Below are positions 13,835 through 28,185 of a stretch of DNA of 64,000 bases, piece by piece. The notes under the pieces were generated by a model, which did no database searches, had not been told where the DNA came from, and saw only the letters and a program-made list of their open reading frames with translations. The DNA comes from Eledone cirrhosa. Lineage: Eukaryota. The translations under genes were made by a program, and so were the position numbers. Numbering within the stretch: the first letter of the stretch is position 1; each line of letters opens with the position of its first letter. The DNA lies in contig OZ024743.1 of NCBI GenBank assembly GCA_964016885.1, forward strand, positions 73,346,001 through 73,410,000, read 5' to 3'.

Positions 13835-16800
13835 TCATTTATTGGCCACAAAGGGCCGACATATAGGGGACAATACAGAAAACTGGGACAGTGGGGTTTT
13901 ACAGAAAAATCGAGTAAACAATATGAATAACAATAACAAAGTAACAAGAAAATTACAAGAAAAAAAAACCCAATAGGGGGGATGACCACCCAGGGTTCGC
14001 TCAGATACCCCACCAATCCTGAACGACCCGACGCTTCGAGAGCACCCTGGAAGGGCGTCCCTCACCTCCTCAAATTTACCTACCTACAGCCGCATGACCA
14101 GAGTAGGCCCACTCACACGGACCATTCTCACCACATTCATCCACCTTTCAGCTAATATACTGGGGGGCAGCACTTCTCTCTCCACCCGCACCTTCCTTTC
14201 CAAGTGAAACTTGAAAAAGTTGATGAGGGATTGGCCGAAGAGAAAAGTGTCTGTCTTCAGTCCTTTCAACCTCGTCCACCATACAACCTCTTTCGCTACT
14301 GCCACCAGACAGAGGAAAATTGCCTGCCCTTCCTGGCCAAAAGAAGGCGGCGGGTCGATCTTCACTATGGACTCGGCCGATAGCCGGATCCATTATACAC
14401 GCGACAAAAACTGTTCAACATAACTCCACATGTCAGTAATGCACGGACACTGGACGAGTGCGTGCAGAACGGTTTCGTCGCTCTGCGCGCATCTCGGGCA
14501 GGTCCGTCTGACAGCACTTCCGTGCCTGTAGAGTTTATCTCGAACCGGCAGTGCCCCCCGGTAGTACTGCCAAGCGAGGGATAATTGGAAATTATCCATT
14601 GTCCCCGGCTCGAAAGTCCTTTGGTACAGACTGGTTAGTTCGACTTCGTTGACTCCCTGAGCCTCTCCGAGTGCGTCGTCGCACTTGCCCACCACTATTC
14701 CTCTATAGAACTCGAGAGTGGAAGTTCCACTGACCGCATTGCCCGCCTGGTAGAGGGCAGTGAGTGCCTGGCAACATTCTAGATGCCAGTCACCCAGTCT
14801 AGGTCTCTACTTGACCCAGGACTGCAGCTCAGTCAAAGAAACGAGCTGCGGAAAGGCCCGTCTGACAAACGGCGACCACACCTGTTCACCGTTTAGGCAG
14901 ACTATCTGGAGATGCCGCAGCCTCAGCGTGTGCCTGCGCATCATTAGCCACGGCATGCCCAGCCGTCCACGTAGAGGGTGCTGGCAGCAGATGGACCGCC
15001 TCACCAGCGGAACCTGACCCCTCCACAAGAATTTGAAGAGGAGCCGCTCCAAGATGGCGAGGCGAGAACGGGGGCAAGGGACGACGGTCAGACGGTAGTA
15101 GATGACGGACGCGATGTACGCGTGGGCCACCTCCGCCCGACCTTTCAGTGATAGCTTCATCCCAGCCCATTTCTGGGTGAGACTGGCTACCCTGCCCGTC
15201 ACCTCGTCCCAATTCTTATCCATCTGGAGGTCTGGCCCGAACCAAACCCCGAGCAACTTTACCGGTCTGTCTGTCCAGCGCCTAACGACGGTGTTGGACG
15301 GCATGGCCTTGCCTCTCCAGGTGCCGAATTGCAAGCCCACCGACTTTTCCGGGTTAAGTTTTGTTCCCGTAAACCTTTCATATACCTCCAATAAGTTGCC
15401 GACCACCTCGATTTCTGAGGTGTCCGACACCATAACAGTGATGTCGTCCGCATAAGCCTACACAGCCTTTCCGCGTCCCGGTTCGAGTGGGATGCCCTGC
15501 AACAGCTCCAGCTTTCGCAGTAAAGGCTCGAGAGTCAATACGTACAGAAGGGAGGAGAGAGGGCACCCTTGACGGACCGATCGGGAGACCTGAAAGGGTT
15601 CCGAGAGGTGGCCATTAATTTTGACCATCGAGCAGGTGCCGCTGTGAATTGCAGCGATCCAGCTTCTGAAGACAGGGCCGAAACCAGCCGCCTTGAGGAC
15701 AGTCTCCAGGTACCGATGGTCGACCCTATCGAATGCTTTCGATTGATCTAAGTTGATCAGAGCACCACCGAAGCCAGGTTTACAGGCTACCCTCTCTATG
15801 ATGTATCGCATTAGGTGGAGGTTGTCGTGTATGGACCTGGTTGGGATTGCGCAAGTTTGCGCCTCCCCAACCAAATCTTCGACGACAAGCGCCAACCTCT
15901 TCGCTAACACCATGGCCAAAATCTTAAATTCTGTGTTGGGCAGAGTTATGGGCCTGAAATTGTCTAATGTGTTCCTCTTGTTCTCGTCTTTCCTTATCAG
16001 CGTCACTACACCCCTGCTCACAGAACTGGGAATACTCCCGTTTTGCTGCCAGTTGCAGTAGACGCTTCGTGGAGATTGGAGCACAAGTCTGGCATATTTA
16101 CGTAAAGCTCGTAGGGCAAACCATCCAATCCGGGTGACTTGCGCCTCATGCAGCCGACAAGGGCATCCTGAATCTCGGCTGAAGTAATTGGCCTTTCGCA
16201 GCACCCAGCGTCAGCCGTCGAGAGTTGCGGCAAGCCATCGAGGTAGGGACTGAAGTCCGCACACCATCTCTGACCCGCCACTTTCCCCGAACAACCGGGC
16301 AAAATGTTGGCGAAAGGCCTCACACATAGCTCTGACTATGCAACCTTCGTGTTTCGCATTGAAGAAATGGTCTAATGCCATTCTCGCCGCTAGCATATCA
16401 GTTGCAATGCCACTACCAATAGCCTCGTCTAACTTATCTACCAACTCACCCTCCTTTCTAGTTTTCTCTAACGCTACTACTTTGCTAAACTCTATCGACA
16501 TTACTCTAATCTCTCTTTTGAGAAATTAGAGTAATCCTGGTCTCGCTGACTGCAATTACATCTATTTCTATAGACCTCATGTCGTTTACCAGGTGACCCT
16601 GCTTCCAGGACGATCCCAGGCCTCGAATATTTAAACATCCTACTCTTAATACGGCCATGTTGGCAGGTTAAACAAAGAGAGAGGAAGGTTTACTTACCTT
16701 CTGGGCTCTTGTGAAGGTCGGGTTGTTCGACCTCCATAGTTAGTGGTGTTTCTTTTGGGAACCCCTTTAAAAGTCTTGAAGTGGGTTTTACGTTCGGGGT

Positions 16801-18630
16801 TCCCACGTCCCGAGGAAAGCTGTCTCGTATTTCTTTGTATAAATCGATCGACATTCGCACCAGAACCAAATCTTCCGGCACGCGAAGTGTGCTCGATTAA
16901 AAATATTCCCCTCTTTTTGTATATTTTCGCTTCGTGCTACGAGGGCCATCAATTCCTTGTTGGCCCTCCTGACGAGCACGAAGTTTTGTATGTTTTGTTG
17001 GTGTGATTTTATTTCTTTGCGTGGCTGTGGTGGTGATGGTTTTGGTGGTGTCGTTTCGGTTGTGTCTGTGTTTGTTGTGAGTGCGGTGTCTGTGGTTTCA
17101 GATTTTTGTGTGTATATTTGTTCTTGCGTCTGTTTAGATTGTTTGCGTTTGGGGGATTCTGGTGATGGTGATGGTGGTATTGATGTTGGTGTTATTGGAG
17201 AGATGTTTGCGTGGGTGGTGTCTGCGTTTTTTATTGTGGGTGATTTTGTGCTTTGTTTAGTTTTTTTTTTCTTTTTGTGTTTCCTTTTTTGTATTTTGGG
17301 GGATTTTTGTTTTCCCTCATCTTTACTACTGGTAGATGAGGGTTCTGTGTCTGTAAGTGTGGCTGTGTGTGTGTTTATGGTTTTATTGGTGTGTGTATTT
17401 TTTTTTTGGGGGGGGGGGGGGGGGGACAGCTTTCCTCGCCCCCTGATCTGGCCTGATCTGGAGAAGGATCTCCAGGTCAACCCCGGACCAGTCCTCTCTG
17501 GCCGTTCTGGTCACTTCTATAGGGACGGTATCCGTCCCCTCCACAATCACACATCCCAGAAGCCCAACACATGTCAAGTCCTGGTGGGATTCTCGGAATG
17601 CGGAGACGGGCTGTTCTTTTTCCTATGTGGGAGGGGTACATTATGACCTTGCTGGTTTTGCAAGGAGTCATAGCGTGTTTCATAGCGAGGGCTTCTGACT
17701 TGAACAACACCGAAATGGTGCCGTACTGTCTGCCCCTCTCTATGTATTCGGTGTCTTCTCTGATGCACCTCAGCGCGTCTTCGACATCTGCTTGTGGGAT
17801 TAAAGCTACCCTTTTGGTTTATGCTGAGATGCATCTATAATGCACCGTTCTGCGCTCCACTGCCTCAATAGCTTCTACTGGGACAGTTAAGTTGGCCCAG
17901 GTTTGCTCTTGCTTGATGAGCTTCCATGCCTGGGCCAACTTTTCATCTTTGTTTGAGAGGTCCATGTTGAAGCATGGCCTCTTTTTTGCTGCTGCCGCAG
18001 CGAAAGTGTTCTTCATGTTTTCGTTGGGGGTGTTGTTGTTGTTGTCGTTGTTTTGTTGGTGGTGTTGTTATCACTGTCGCTGTTATCATTCTTGTCTTTG
18101 TTGCCACTGTTGTTCTCGGTGCAGTTGGTACTGTTGCTGTTGTCGCTATTTGTTTTCATGGTAGTGAAATGACAAATGCAACAACAATATCAACATATTG
18201 TTGTTGCATTTGTCATTTTTTTTTTTTTTTGTTATCGTTGTCGCTGTTACTGTCATTTTTTTCAAAATTAGAGTTCTCATTGGTATCATTGGTGTCTTTG
18301 TTTACATTGTTTGTGGTGGTGTTTGTGTTATCAATTTGTGTTAATTTCGCTGTAGCGCTCCTCTCAACTTCTACGTCGTTGTCGCACGACAGCAGACATA
18401 TCACTGCGGGGGGGGGCTCAGCCATGTTTTTTTTTCTCCGTAAATTTTTTAAAATGTAAAAAAGGTTCAAATATTTGGGCCAAAAGGCCCAAATATTATA
18501 CTTTCCCCTTGACAGGGCAAAGTCTAAGGGCTTATATCCCTTACACAACAAGAAATATTTAACAGCAAATAATTTTAACAGTCAAATAAAGCGACTTACT
18601 GGGAGCGAGCAAAATTCGTCCGATTAGACC
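13835..18630 (-). mobile_element. Near full-length Tx1/L1-clade LINE; ORF1 and ORF2 frameshifted, APE domain largely deleted
   Basis: ORF2 starts at 16658 (MAVLRVGCLNIRGL..IAVSETR); KSPGLDGLPYE, NFRPITL, LDQSKAFDRVDH, VRQGCPLS, AYADD; C-terminal CPRC..ETVLHALVQC; ORF1 fragments 16690-18423; AATAAA at the 3' end; flanked by trinucleotide repeats. Confidence 0.9.
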
Positions 18631-18681
<51 letters not shown>

Positions 18682-18689
18682 TGACCAAA

Positions 18690-20375
18690 AGTATGAAGCT
18701 AACATCGGGTGGAGAATCCTTGGGAGGCGTGAAGATCAAGTGAGGTATCTTCTAGGGAGATAGTTTTTCCCCTCTGTTGTTTCTCCTTGCCCTGATCCCC
18801 CTGACCATTATACTGCGAAAAGTGAGAGCAGGATACAATTTGGGAAAAGGAGACCTTACCATCAATCACCTCCTCTTCATGGACGATCTTAAACTCTTTG
18901 GGAAGAGTGAGAAGGAGTTGGATGCACTTGTTGACACTGTCCGTATTTTCAGCAATGATATATGTATGCAATTTGGTATTAGTAAGTGTGGAGTCATTGT
19001 GATGAAGAGGGGTAAGTTGAGCAGAAGTAACGGAATCCAGGTACCAACAGGTGAGATGATAAAGGAAATTGACTCTGAAGAAGGATACAAGTATTTATGT
19101 GTTCTGGAGGCAGATGACATCAAGAACAAAAAAAATGAAGGACTTGATTATATCTGAGTACATTAAGAGAGTAAGGAGCGTATTAAAATCACATCTAAAT
19201 AGTAGGAATGTCATAAGTGCAGTGAATTCCCGAGCTGTGTCTGTTATTAGGTACAGTGCGGGAATTCTGAAATGGAATGTTGCTGAACAAAAAGAAATGG
19301 ATAGGAAGACTAGCAAGCTATTGACTATCTACATGTTCCACAAGAGGAGTGATGTCGATAGACTCTACTTAAAGAGATCTGAAAGTGGAAAGGTCTTATC
19401 AGCATAGAGGACTGTGTTCAGATGGAGTAAAACAACCTGCACAAATACATGACTGACAGTAGGGAGCCAATGCTAAGAATTGTGCTGAAGGAGAGAACAA
19501 TAGATCGGAGGATGTCCAAGGAGGAAATAACAGCAAGGATGAAGAGCAACCTTCATGAAAAATCCCTTCATAGTACTTTCTTTGAGAAAACTGAATTTAG
19601 AGATCCACAGACATGGAACTGGTTAAAAAGAGGAGACCTTAAAAAGGCTACAGAAGGAATGCTAATGGCTGCGCAAGAGCAGGCTTTCAGAACGAAGTGG
19701 ATGAAACACCATATTTAGAAGGAGGATTCTAGCCCACTGTGTAGGATCTGTGGAGAGAGAGAGGAGACTGTGGCTCACATTGTATCCGAGTGTAAACACC
19801 TAGCCCAGACTCACTATAAAGGCTGGAGACATGATGCGATGGGCAGGATGATCCACTAGCATCTATGCAAAGTAAACAATTTACCCCATTCTGAGAAGTG
19901 GAATGAGCATAAACCAGAGTCGGTGATAGAAAATGATCAGGTGAAGTTGCTATGGGATTTTAGTATACAGAAGGACAAGAAACTGGAACACAATAGGCCT
20001 GACCTGGTGGTTTTGGACAAGAAAGAAAGATCATGCCTGATTGTAGATGTAGCCTGCCCATTTGACACGAGAGTGCAAAAAAAGGAGAGGGAGAAAATTA
20101 ACCGATACCAGGACTTAAAGTGGGAGGTAAAAATGATTTTGACTGCCATGAAGTCAGAGTCGTCCCGATTGTCATAGGCGCACTTGGTACTATCTCAAAG
20201 AGTTTCCAAGGATGGTTAAAGAAAATTAGTCCAGCCCCGCTTTTAGGAACACTTTAAAAGTCATGCTTGCTGGGAACATCAAGAACCCTCCAATACGTCC
20301 TGAATATCTGAGGCTTGATATTCATTTCAACAAACTTTCCAGTTAAATAACATCAATGACTGAGACTCAAAGAAC
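18690..20375 (+). mobile_element. 5'-truncated R4/Dong-clade LINE (RT + CCHC + RLE)
   Basis: GIF.GD, HLLFMDDLKL, CRICGEREETVAHIVSEC, KLLWDF..NRPDLVV..IVDVACP; abuts (AAT)n, the known Dong target. Confidence 0.88.
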
Positions 20376-20379
20376 AATA

Positions 20380-20690
20380 ATAATTGTTTCTACTTTTGGC
20401 ACAAGGCCAGCAATTAACCAGTGCATTACTGGTACTTTATTTTATCGACCCCATAAGGATGAATGGCAAAGTCAACCTCGGCGGGATTTGAACTCAGATC
20501 GTAAAGGGACGTAACTATGCTGGAAAGCATGGCGTCCGACCATCTACCGATACAGCCAATCCACATAATAATGATAATAATAATTGTTTCTACTTTTGGA
20601 ACAAGGCTAGCAATTATTCCAGTGTATTACTGGTACGACCCCGTAAGGATGAAAGGCAAAGTTGACCTCGGCGGGATTTGAACTCAAAAT
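20380..20690 (-). mobile_element. Two adjacent SINE copies (second truncated)
   Basis: Reverse complement of the SINE at 9400. Confidence 0.8.
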
Positions 20691-20714
20691 GATACAGTAA
20701 CTGCAGATGAGAAT

Positions 20715-20924
20715 GTGAACTCCGACAGAACCATCAAGGCCAACAGACTTGGTCTGGTTGTGAAGGATCATAAAAAGAAAACATGCTTCTTAATTGACAT
20801 AAGCATTCCATCAGATCGCAAGAAGAAGAAGAAGAAGAAGAAGAAGAAGAAGAAGAAGAAGAAGAAGAAGAAGAAGAAGAAGAAGAAGAAGACGAAGAAG
20901 AAGAAGAAGAAGAAGAAGAAGAAG

Positions 20925-20983
<59 letters not shown>

Positions 20984-20985
20984 GC
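20715..20985 (+). mobile_element. Short R4/Dong RLE fragment followed by (AAG)n(AAC)n
   Basis: DRTIKANR..LVVKDHKKKTCFLIDISIPSD. Confidence 0.6.
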
Positions 20986-21699
20986 GTTATGTCAAATGTA
21001 CAACAATATATGGGAACAAGTTAATCCTTTTACACACACACAAATACGAATTAATACAATTAAGGACAACTTACAAGACACTAAGCCATCACCTCTGTAG
21101 GATCAGAGTCCTATGTTAAGCCGACTAATTTCTATTTCTATCAGAGGTTCTGGAATTTTTCGTAAGCTTTCCCTGGGTCCCAAACATTTACCGGAGCAGT
21201 TTAAGGATTATATAGTCCAATAGTCCGTGCTTTTTTAGTAAACCAGCAAGAAGAAATGATTACGAAGCAAACTCCTTAATCATTCGAACATACTACGTCT
21301 ATCGAACTTACTAAGCTTTAAATAAAACAAAACTGTCGTTACTCTCTGTGTTACTTTTTAGGTATAGCTTCTCTTTTCAACTGTGAATTTGATATGTCTC
21401 TGTTTCCAGGTTAAATACTTCGAGGCTAGACTTCTTTATTGGTATTTTTCTTATCTGTTATTCATGAAAAAGGTTGTGCTCACGGTACATTTTCATACCT
21501 GAAAGATTGTTTTGAGGGTATGAGGATGTGTGTTATCCTTAAAAGGGAAACAGGCCCCGAATGGTGGCAACAGCGATCGAGTGTTTGATTTAAGAGATAT
21601 TTTTAACTCACTGATCAATGCCGATGGTCGTCTCATTTGACTGTATATTATATATTTACTAATAACAGAGTTGATAGTTGTTGAGATATATCTCATCAT

Positions 21700-22430
21700 T
21701 GATATAGAACTGCTACATCAACCGAACTGAAAGGATTAAAAGGGGATGATGGACAATAGATGAACTCTCTGGAAAAACAAAATGATACAGAACCTGGAAA
21801 CGGAATTGATCAACGACCAAAAGTTATATGGCATAACACATTATTTTTAGAGGATTTTTAGATGAGTGACTAAAATATTTGTCATCTAGGGAATAGGAAA
21901 TGTTATTCAGCTGAGAAGGTTATCATTGTATATTTTAGTGTTGAGTTCCTGTACAGAATTAAGATATCTGCTAGAAATTATAAGTGTTTTGGTAACATAG
22001 CATCCTTCCTTCAGTGAACGAAAAACAAACAAGATTTAATGAATAGGTGCACCAATATACTGTTAACATTTCACAAAGTGATTTACGTAAGATGCTCTGT
22101 TAGTCTATGGTTTATACCGAGGTAAGACAGACGCCGATTGCTACTAAATTTGGCTAGAGAAGTATATTGAGAGAATTAACAAAAAAACAGCTTATATGCA
22201 CAGCTAAGAGGATAAATGGTGAATGCATAGAAGTAGAAACTGGTTGCAAAGAATAGAAAAATAAGAACTTTGTTGGAAAAAACTGGGACAAACAATGTTA
22301 TATTGGCTGTTTGCCAAGACAATGGATGCTATAAAAGAAGAACCGCAGTATTACTTTAAAGACTAAAGAAACAAACAGACATTCTTATCACGGCTTACAG
22401 AAGTAATTAGAAATAATTTCTTTAAAACGA
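21700..22430 (+). mobile_element. Highly decayed R4/Dong-like fragment
   Basis: ILLTFHKV..V.LWFIPR*DRRRL resembles KLLT.H..HP..RLYIPR..GGRGL. Confidence 0.35.
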
Positions 22431-24017
22431 CAGGTATTTAGTGGTTAGCAAGATAGTGGTTGTTATTCTGTTTAGCCCCAGGTCAGCCAGGATTACGCAG
22501 ATCAATAACCAAAATCATTATAAGTGTGGAAATCTCGTCTATGTTAAGGACAGTAGATGGGCGAACGAGATATCTGGTGGTATTTGATCGGGTTCTTTGC
22601 TTCTGGTTTCAAATCCTGTGGTAACCTAATTGTGTGATTTAATACCAATACCTGAAACGTAGATAGTGGAGTCAAACCTGTTGCCAGGATTCGGAACACG
22701 TTTTAAGGATACCAGCCTTCCTACTTACCTCACAACAATCTTTTAGGTATGAACATGTACCATGAGCACAGCCCTTTTCATGACTAACAGATAAGAATAA
22801 TACCAATAAATAAATATAGCTCCGAGACATTTAACCTGAAACAGAACTATGCAAAATTCACAAGTGAAAAGAGGAACTCTATCTAAAGCGTCAGAATAGT
22901 TGAGGAGTTTGCTTCGCAATCATTACTTCTTGGATTTGATCCCACTGCGTAGTATCTTGGGTTAGTATTATTAACCATAGTCTTGTGGTGAGTCATGTCA
23001 CAGGAGCGAAATTTACGACTCGAAAACTCTTTGCAAGCTCGTTAGATGGACTATACTAGTAACTCAAAGACCAGACTTATTACATAGTGTCTCACTGAAT
23101 CTCCCTGAGAATTACGTTAAGAATACACGTATATGGAATGCGCAGTCACATACACGTTGATATAATGAGCAGGCTGTACCATTGTTTGATCAACTGAAAC
23201 ACTCATCAGAGAAACCGACGAAGATCCCTTCCAGAAATTTTTACTATTATGTCTGTCATTTCATACTATCCAAAGTAGTTTGATTTAACTTACGATGGAA
23301 TCAATAACATGATTGATTTCAGAAGATAGATAAGATCACTCATATTTCTAAACAATATCAATAAATAGGTTTCGGTAATAATGCAATTCGGTTTATTAAT
23401 ATTTCAGAAGTATTTAAGAGAAAATTTCTTCTAAAGTACTTAAAAACATATAGTCATTATTTGCAGCATTTCTGTAATAACCATTATCATGAATGTTCCT
23501 TTCAGCTTTCTTTAATTTAGTTTTCTTTTAACTCAGTTTCTTATACTTCAAATTTATATTTCGTTTTGCCAAAATCATGCTTAACTATTATAATCAGCTT
23601 AATAGCAGCAAAGAAATTTAACTTGAAAGATATTGTAATGATGTTACAATGGAAAAATTGGAGGATGATTAAACATTTTTGAAAAATTTGCCATTACTCT
23701 TAAATCTTTACACATAAATGTGTGTCAGTGTTCGTGAGTATGTGTGTGCACATTTGGGTATATGTGCGTGTGTTTGTGTGTGTGTGTACATTTGTGTATA
23801 TGTGTGTGTGAGTGTTTGTGTGTGTTTACATTTGTGTAAATGTGCGTGTGTGTGTTTGTGTGTATGTGTGAATGTGACAGTGTATTTGCGTGTGTATGTG
23901 TGTAGGTGTGTGTGTCTTTGTGTGTGTATATGTGTGTGTGGGGGGAGGGTCTGTGTGCCTGTGTGTTTGTTTCTGAATGTTTATGTGTACCTCTGCTAGT
24001 GCGTGTGTCTGTGTGTT

Positions 24018-24091
<74 letters not shown>

Positions 24092-24254
24092 TGTGTTTGC
24101 GAATGTATGTGTGTGTGTGTTTATGGATATCTCTGCATATATGTGTGTGTCTATCTTTAATAAAAAAAATTCTATGTTTATTTCCAAAGAGTTTTCATAA
24201 ACACCTTTATTTTTAAAATGATGAACAGTTAATGGCGGTAGCGTGCTGGCTGTT

Positions 24255-24995
24255 ATTGGCTTCTGGTGGTGATGATGATGATGATAGTGGGTTGATGGTG
24301 GTTATGATGGTAATGATTATGGCGGTGGTGGTGATGGTGGCGGTGGTGGTGGTCGTGGTGGTGATAGTGGGGTTGATTGTGGTTATGATGGTAGTGGTGA
24401 TGGTGGTGGTGGTTGAGATGGTGGTGATAGTGGTGGTGGTGGTGGTGGTGGAGGTCGAGGTAGTGGTGCTGATTGTGTTGTTGGTGGTGTGGAGTTGAAG
24501 GTCATGGGGGTAGTGGTAGGTCTTCTGGTGGCGGTGGATGTGATTGTAGTTCTGGTGGTGTTTATTGGGGTGCTGGAGATGGGGATGGTGCTGGTGATGC
24601 TGGTGGTGCTTGTGGTGTTAGTGGCGGTGATAGTGGTGGTGGTCGTGGTCATCGTGGACTTGGTCGTGGAGGTAGTGGCTGGATTTATGGTGATGGTCGT
24701 GGTTATTGTTGTTGTCACTGTTGTAATCAACGGGAGAAAGAGACAAGGACGACGTAAATGTTGATAACGATGACAATGAAGACATCAAAAACGACAATGT
24801 CAACGATGATGATGATAATGATGATGATGATGATGATGATAATGATGATGATGATGATGATGGTTATGATGATGGCGATGATGATGATGATGATGGTTAT
24901 GATGATGGCGATGATGATGATGGTTATGATGAAGATGATGGTTATGATGGTTTTGATGATGATGATGGCTATGATGATGTTGATGGCGATGATGG
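24255..24995. repeat. (GGT)n/(GAT)n degenerate trinucleotide low-complexity region
   Basis: Direct inspection. Confidence 0.9.
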
Positions 24996-25124
24996 AACCA
25001 TTTGAATATTTAACCGCAATAATCTACACAGCCAGAACAGACGACTCCCTAACAAAGACACTTTACTCTCAATGACTCAGTCCACCGTAGAATAAATAAA
25101 TACAGTGAGATGTAATTTGTACCT

Positions 25125-25717
25125 AATACCAACTAATTCGGTATTGGTTCCAACCCTTAACTATGGCCATGAATCTTGGGTAATGACCGAAAGAATATAA
25201 TACAAGCGGTCGAAATTGGGTTCCTCCGGAGGGTATTTGGAGTAACGTTAGTTGATAGAGTGCGTAATTCGGAAATCAGAGTCTCTCCAGGTAGAGCCGC
25301 TACTTCTCTGAATTGAAAGATCACAACTCTGGTACTATGGGCATGTGTTTAGTATATTTCACGAAAGAATCGCAGGACAGTCTTTACGGGCAAAATGCAG
25401 GGGTAGACTGCGAGCAAGATTGTTGGATAATATCAATGAGCTTGGTTGGTCTCGCCTGGGTATACAGCCGGATCAGTTGGAGACGATTGCTTCTCGCACG
25501 ACCCGCTGGACGGCGTGTTTGGGGACTCTGACCCCACGACCTTCTCTGGAATACATGGGTGAAGAAGAAGAAGAAGAAGAAGAAGAAGAAGAAGAAGAAG
25601 AAGAAGAAGAAGAAGAAGAAGAAGAAGAAGAAGAAGAAGAAGAAGAAGAAGAAGAAGAAGAAGAAGAAGAAGAAGAAGAAGAAGAAGAAGAAGAAGAAGA
25701 AGAAGAAGAAGAAGAAG
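25125..25717 (+). mobile_element. RTE/Expander-type LINE 3' end with long (GAA)n tail
   Basis: PTL.YGHESWVMTE..GFLRRVFGVT..DRVRNSEIR..VEPLLL.IERSQ. Confidence 0.75.
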
Positions 25718-26119
25718 ACGACGACGATGACAACGACCAACTAATTGAGTTAATAAACTAATGATATATATCCCAACACATTTAAAATTACTTCTGATGG
25801 AACGGTTTAATCTGATATTCATATATAAATATTTGAAGTAGATAAAATATCATGATCTAATTGATTATATGAATGGACGTAAGTAAGTAGATAGAGAGCG
25901 GGGAAGGAGAGAGCCTGGGGGAGAGGAGGGAGATTAATTGATTGATTGAATGAGTGATAGCTAGGTGGGTAGATAGAAATACAGACAGACAGAAACTAAA
26001 ACAGACCTATAAATGGTGTTTCAATAACTATTAGTAGCCACTGAACTTATTTCGAGAGCAAGATATTTTTAACTTTGAAACGACGGCTATGCTCGTTTAA
26101 CTTCAAATATAATGTATTT

Positions 26120-27170
26120 ATTTAAATTTCAAGTATAATAAAAGTGTTTTTATTCACAGTTGTATAAACAACGTTACAAATATTGATAGAAATATGAAGT
26201 AAAAAAGATAAAAACAAAATTAAGCAATGAAGAGATGGGGGAGCGATAAAGAAGGGCAGATCTGGCTCTACAGAAAAGTAGAGGAAAAGGTTATAAAAGT
26301 CATAAATGAGAAGGAACGGAGGGAAAATGCAAGGACTATTAAGCCACGGAAGGGAGGGGGAATGGGTGAGGATGATAGGCACAATGCCTAGGGTGGGATA
26401 GGGATTTGGCTGTGCCCCGCGGACAAAACTGCAAAGGTATTTCCGCTGACAATGACCAGCGACCCGCTCATAATCTATGCCCATTTAAAGGTAAGGTCAT
26501 TGTCATGGAAGTCAGCGAAATCTTTGTGTTCTCCATGCTATATAATCATCCTTCACTCAGAAGAAGAATCCACACTCACTTTCAACAGAACAAATGTACA
26601 ATTGCTATATATATTAGTGAAAGTCAAGCAGCATTCCTTCCAAGTAGAACGAAAACACTCATTTCAAAAATAAATTTCCATTAACGTCCTTGTGTACATT
26701 TGGGAGTGCGTTTATATTTTAGGAAAACTGAAATGGAAGTCGTTGTCATGGATTTCTCAAGAGAACTGGTATTGTTTGATCCTAATATATTTGTTTTGTT
26801 TGAAAATCTAAATTTATAAAGTTTATAATTAATTTATTTTACAAACAAAAGTTATAAAATGATGGAAATATTTAAAAAATGATAAAAACGAAATTAAGTA
26901 ATGGAACAAAATGTGGAAGGTTAAAGAACAGCAGATCTGGCTGGAGAGGAAAGTAAAGGAAAGCACTATAAATGCCATAAATGAGAGGAATGAGGGGGGA
27001 ATGAGGGAAGAAAGAGCAGGGATTGTGATGGGAAGAGCAAGGACTATTAAGCAACGGAAAATAGATAGGAGGAAGGAGAATGGGTAACAGATTCTACACC
27101 TAGGAGCAGTATTTCGCCCCCAGACAAAACTGAAAGGCATTTCCGCGGACAATGGATTGCGATTTTTTGT
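26120..27170 (-). mobile_element. Two tandem CRE-like LINE 3' ends (26120-26700 and 26825-27170)
   Basis: SLVIVSGNTFAVLSA motif and 3' UTR shared with 7850-8540 and 11620-11945. Confidence 0.55.
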
Positions 27171-27469
27171 AAAATGCGGAAGTGAAAAATTTGAGATAAG
27201 AGGAAGGTTTTTATTAAAAGGCATTATTTTAGGTTATTTATGATATGATAAAATAATATGGAAATTATCAAATATTAAGAGCTAACGAGTGTTCAACACA
27301 CAGCTTCATCAGCAATAATCTAAACAATATTTTTTTACAAATTAGAACATACAAAAAGGAAGAGCCACATTGAATGCTACAATCCACTAACTAAAAACCA
27401 CAACGGTGTGATTGTAGCTGGAACAGATTTGAAATGTATTTTTCGATCAGATTAGACATGGAGGTAAAA

Positions 27470-27690
27470 TAATGGTTTCAGATTTAGGCACAAGGCCAAC
27501 CATTTTAAGAGAGGCTAAGTCGATCAAATCGACACCAGTACATTACTGGTACTTTATTTTATAGACCCCGTAAGAATGAAAGGCAAAGCTGACCTCTGCG
27601 GGATGTGAAATCAGATTGTAAAGGGCCGTAAATCTATGCAACGAAGCATTGTGTGCGGTGCTCTAACGATACTGCCAATCCATCGGACCG
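27470..27690 (-). mobile_element. SINE copy
   Basis: Reverse complement of the SINE at 9400. Confidence 0.75.
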
Positions 27691-28143
27691 TAATTCTAAG
27701 CTGCAAAACATTGTTTCTGACGCTCTACCGATTCTGCCAATCCACTGCTCTTACATAGAGGTAACAACAAGAATAATCGAAATTGAAAATAATTTTTATT
27801 CAGGAGCGCATGAAAGCTGAGATTCTGGGAGAAAATTAAAGAATCTGAACTCATTTCCTTTACCATATAGAAACCTAACAACTAATCCAGTAGATATTAT
27901 CAATGTTTTTCTCTTGTTGTATCTCTGTATTTTCTATCACATAACAAAATAATAAAAGCAGGAATAACTTTAAAAAACATTTTCATTGAAATATTTGTTG
28001 AAGTATATTTTTTCTTCAACATCCCTGCAAGTATTATGTTGAAATTTGTGTGTCTTCTATGACATTTACATAAATATAGTTTTTTTACATACTCAATGCA
28101 TGTTTATCTGCCTACAGGGATATAATATTTACATAATACATAT

Positions 28144-28185
<42 letters not shown>

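Noticed and set aside
24232-25822. Poly-V/M/E/K/F ORFs
   Set aside because: Translations of trinucleotide microsatellites
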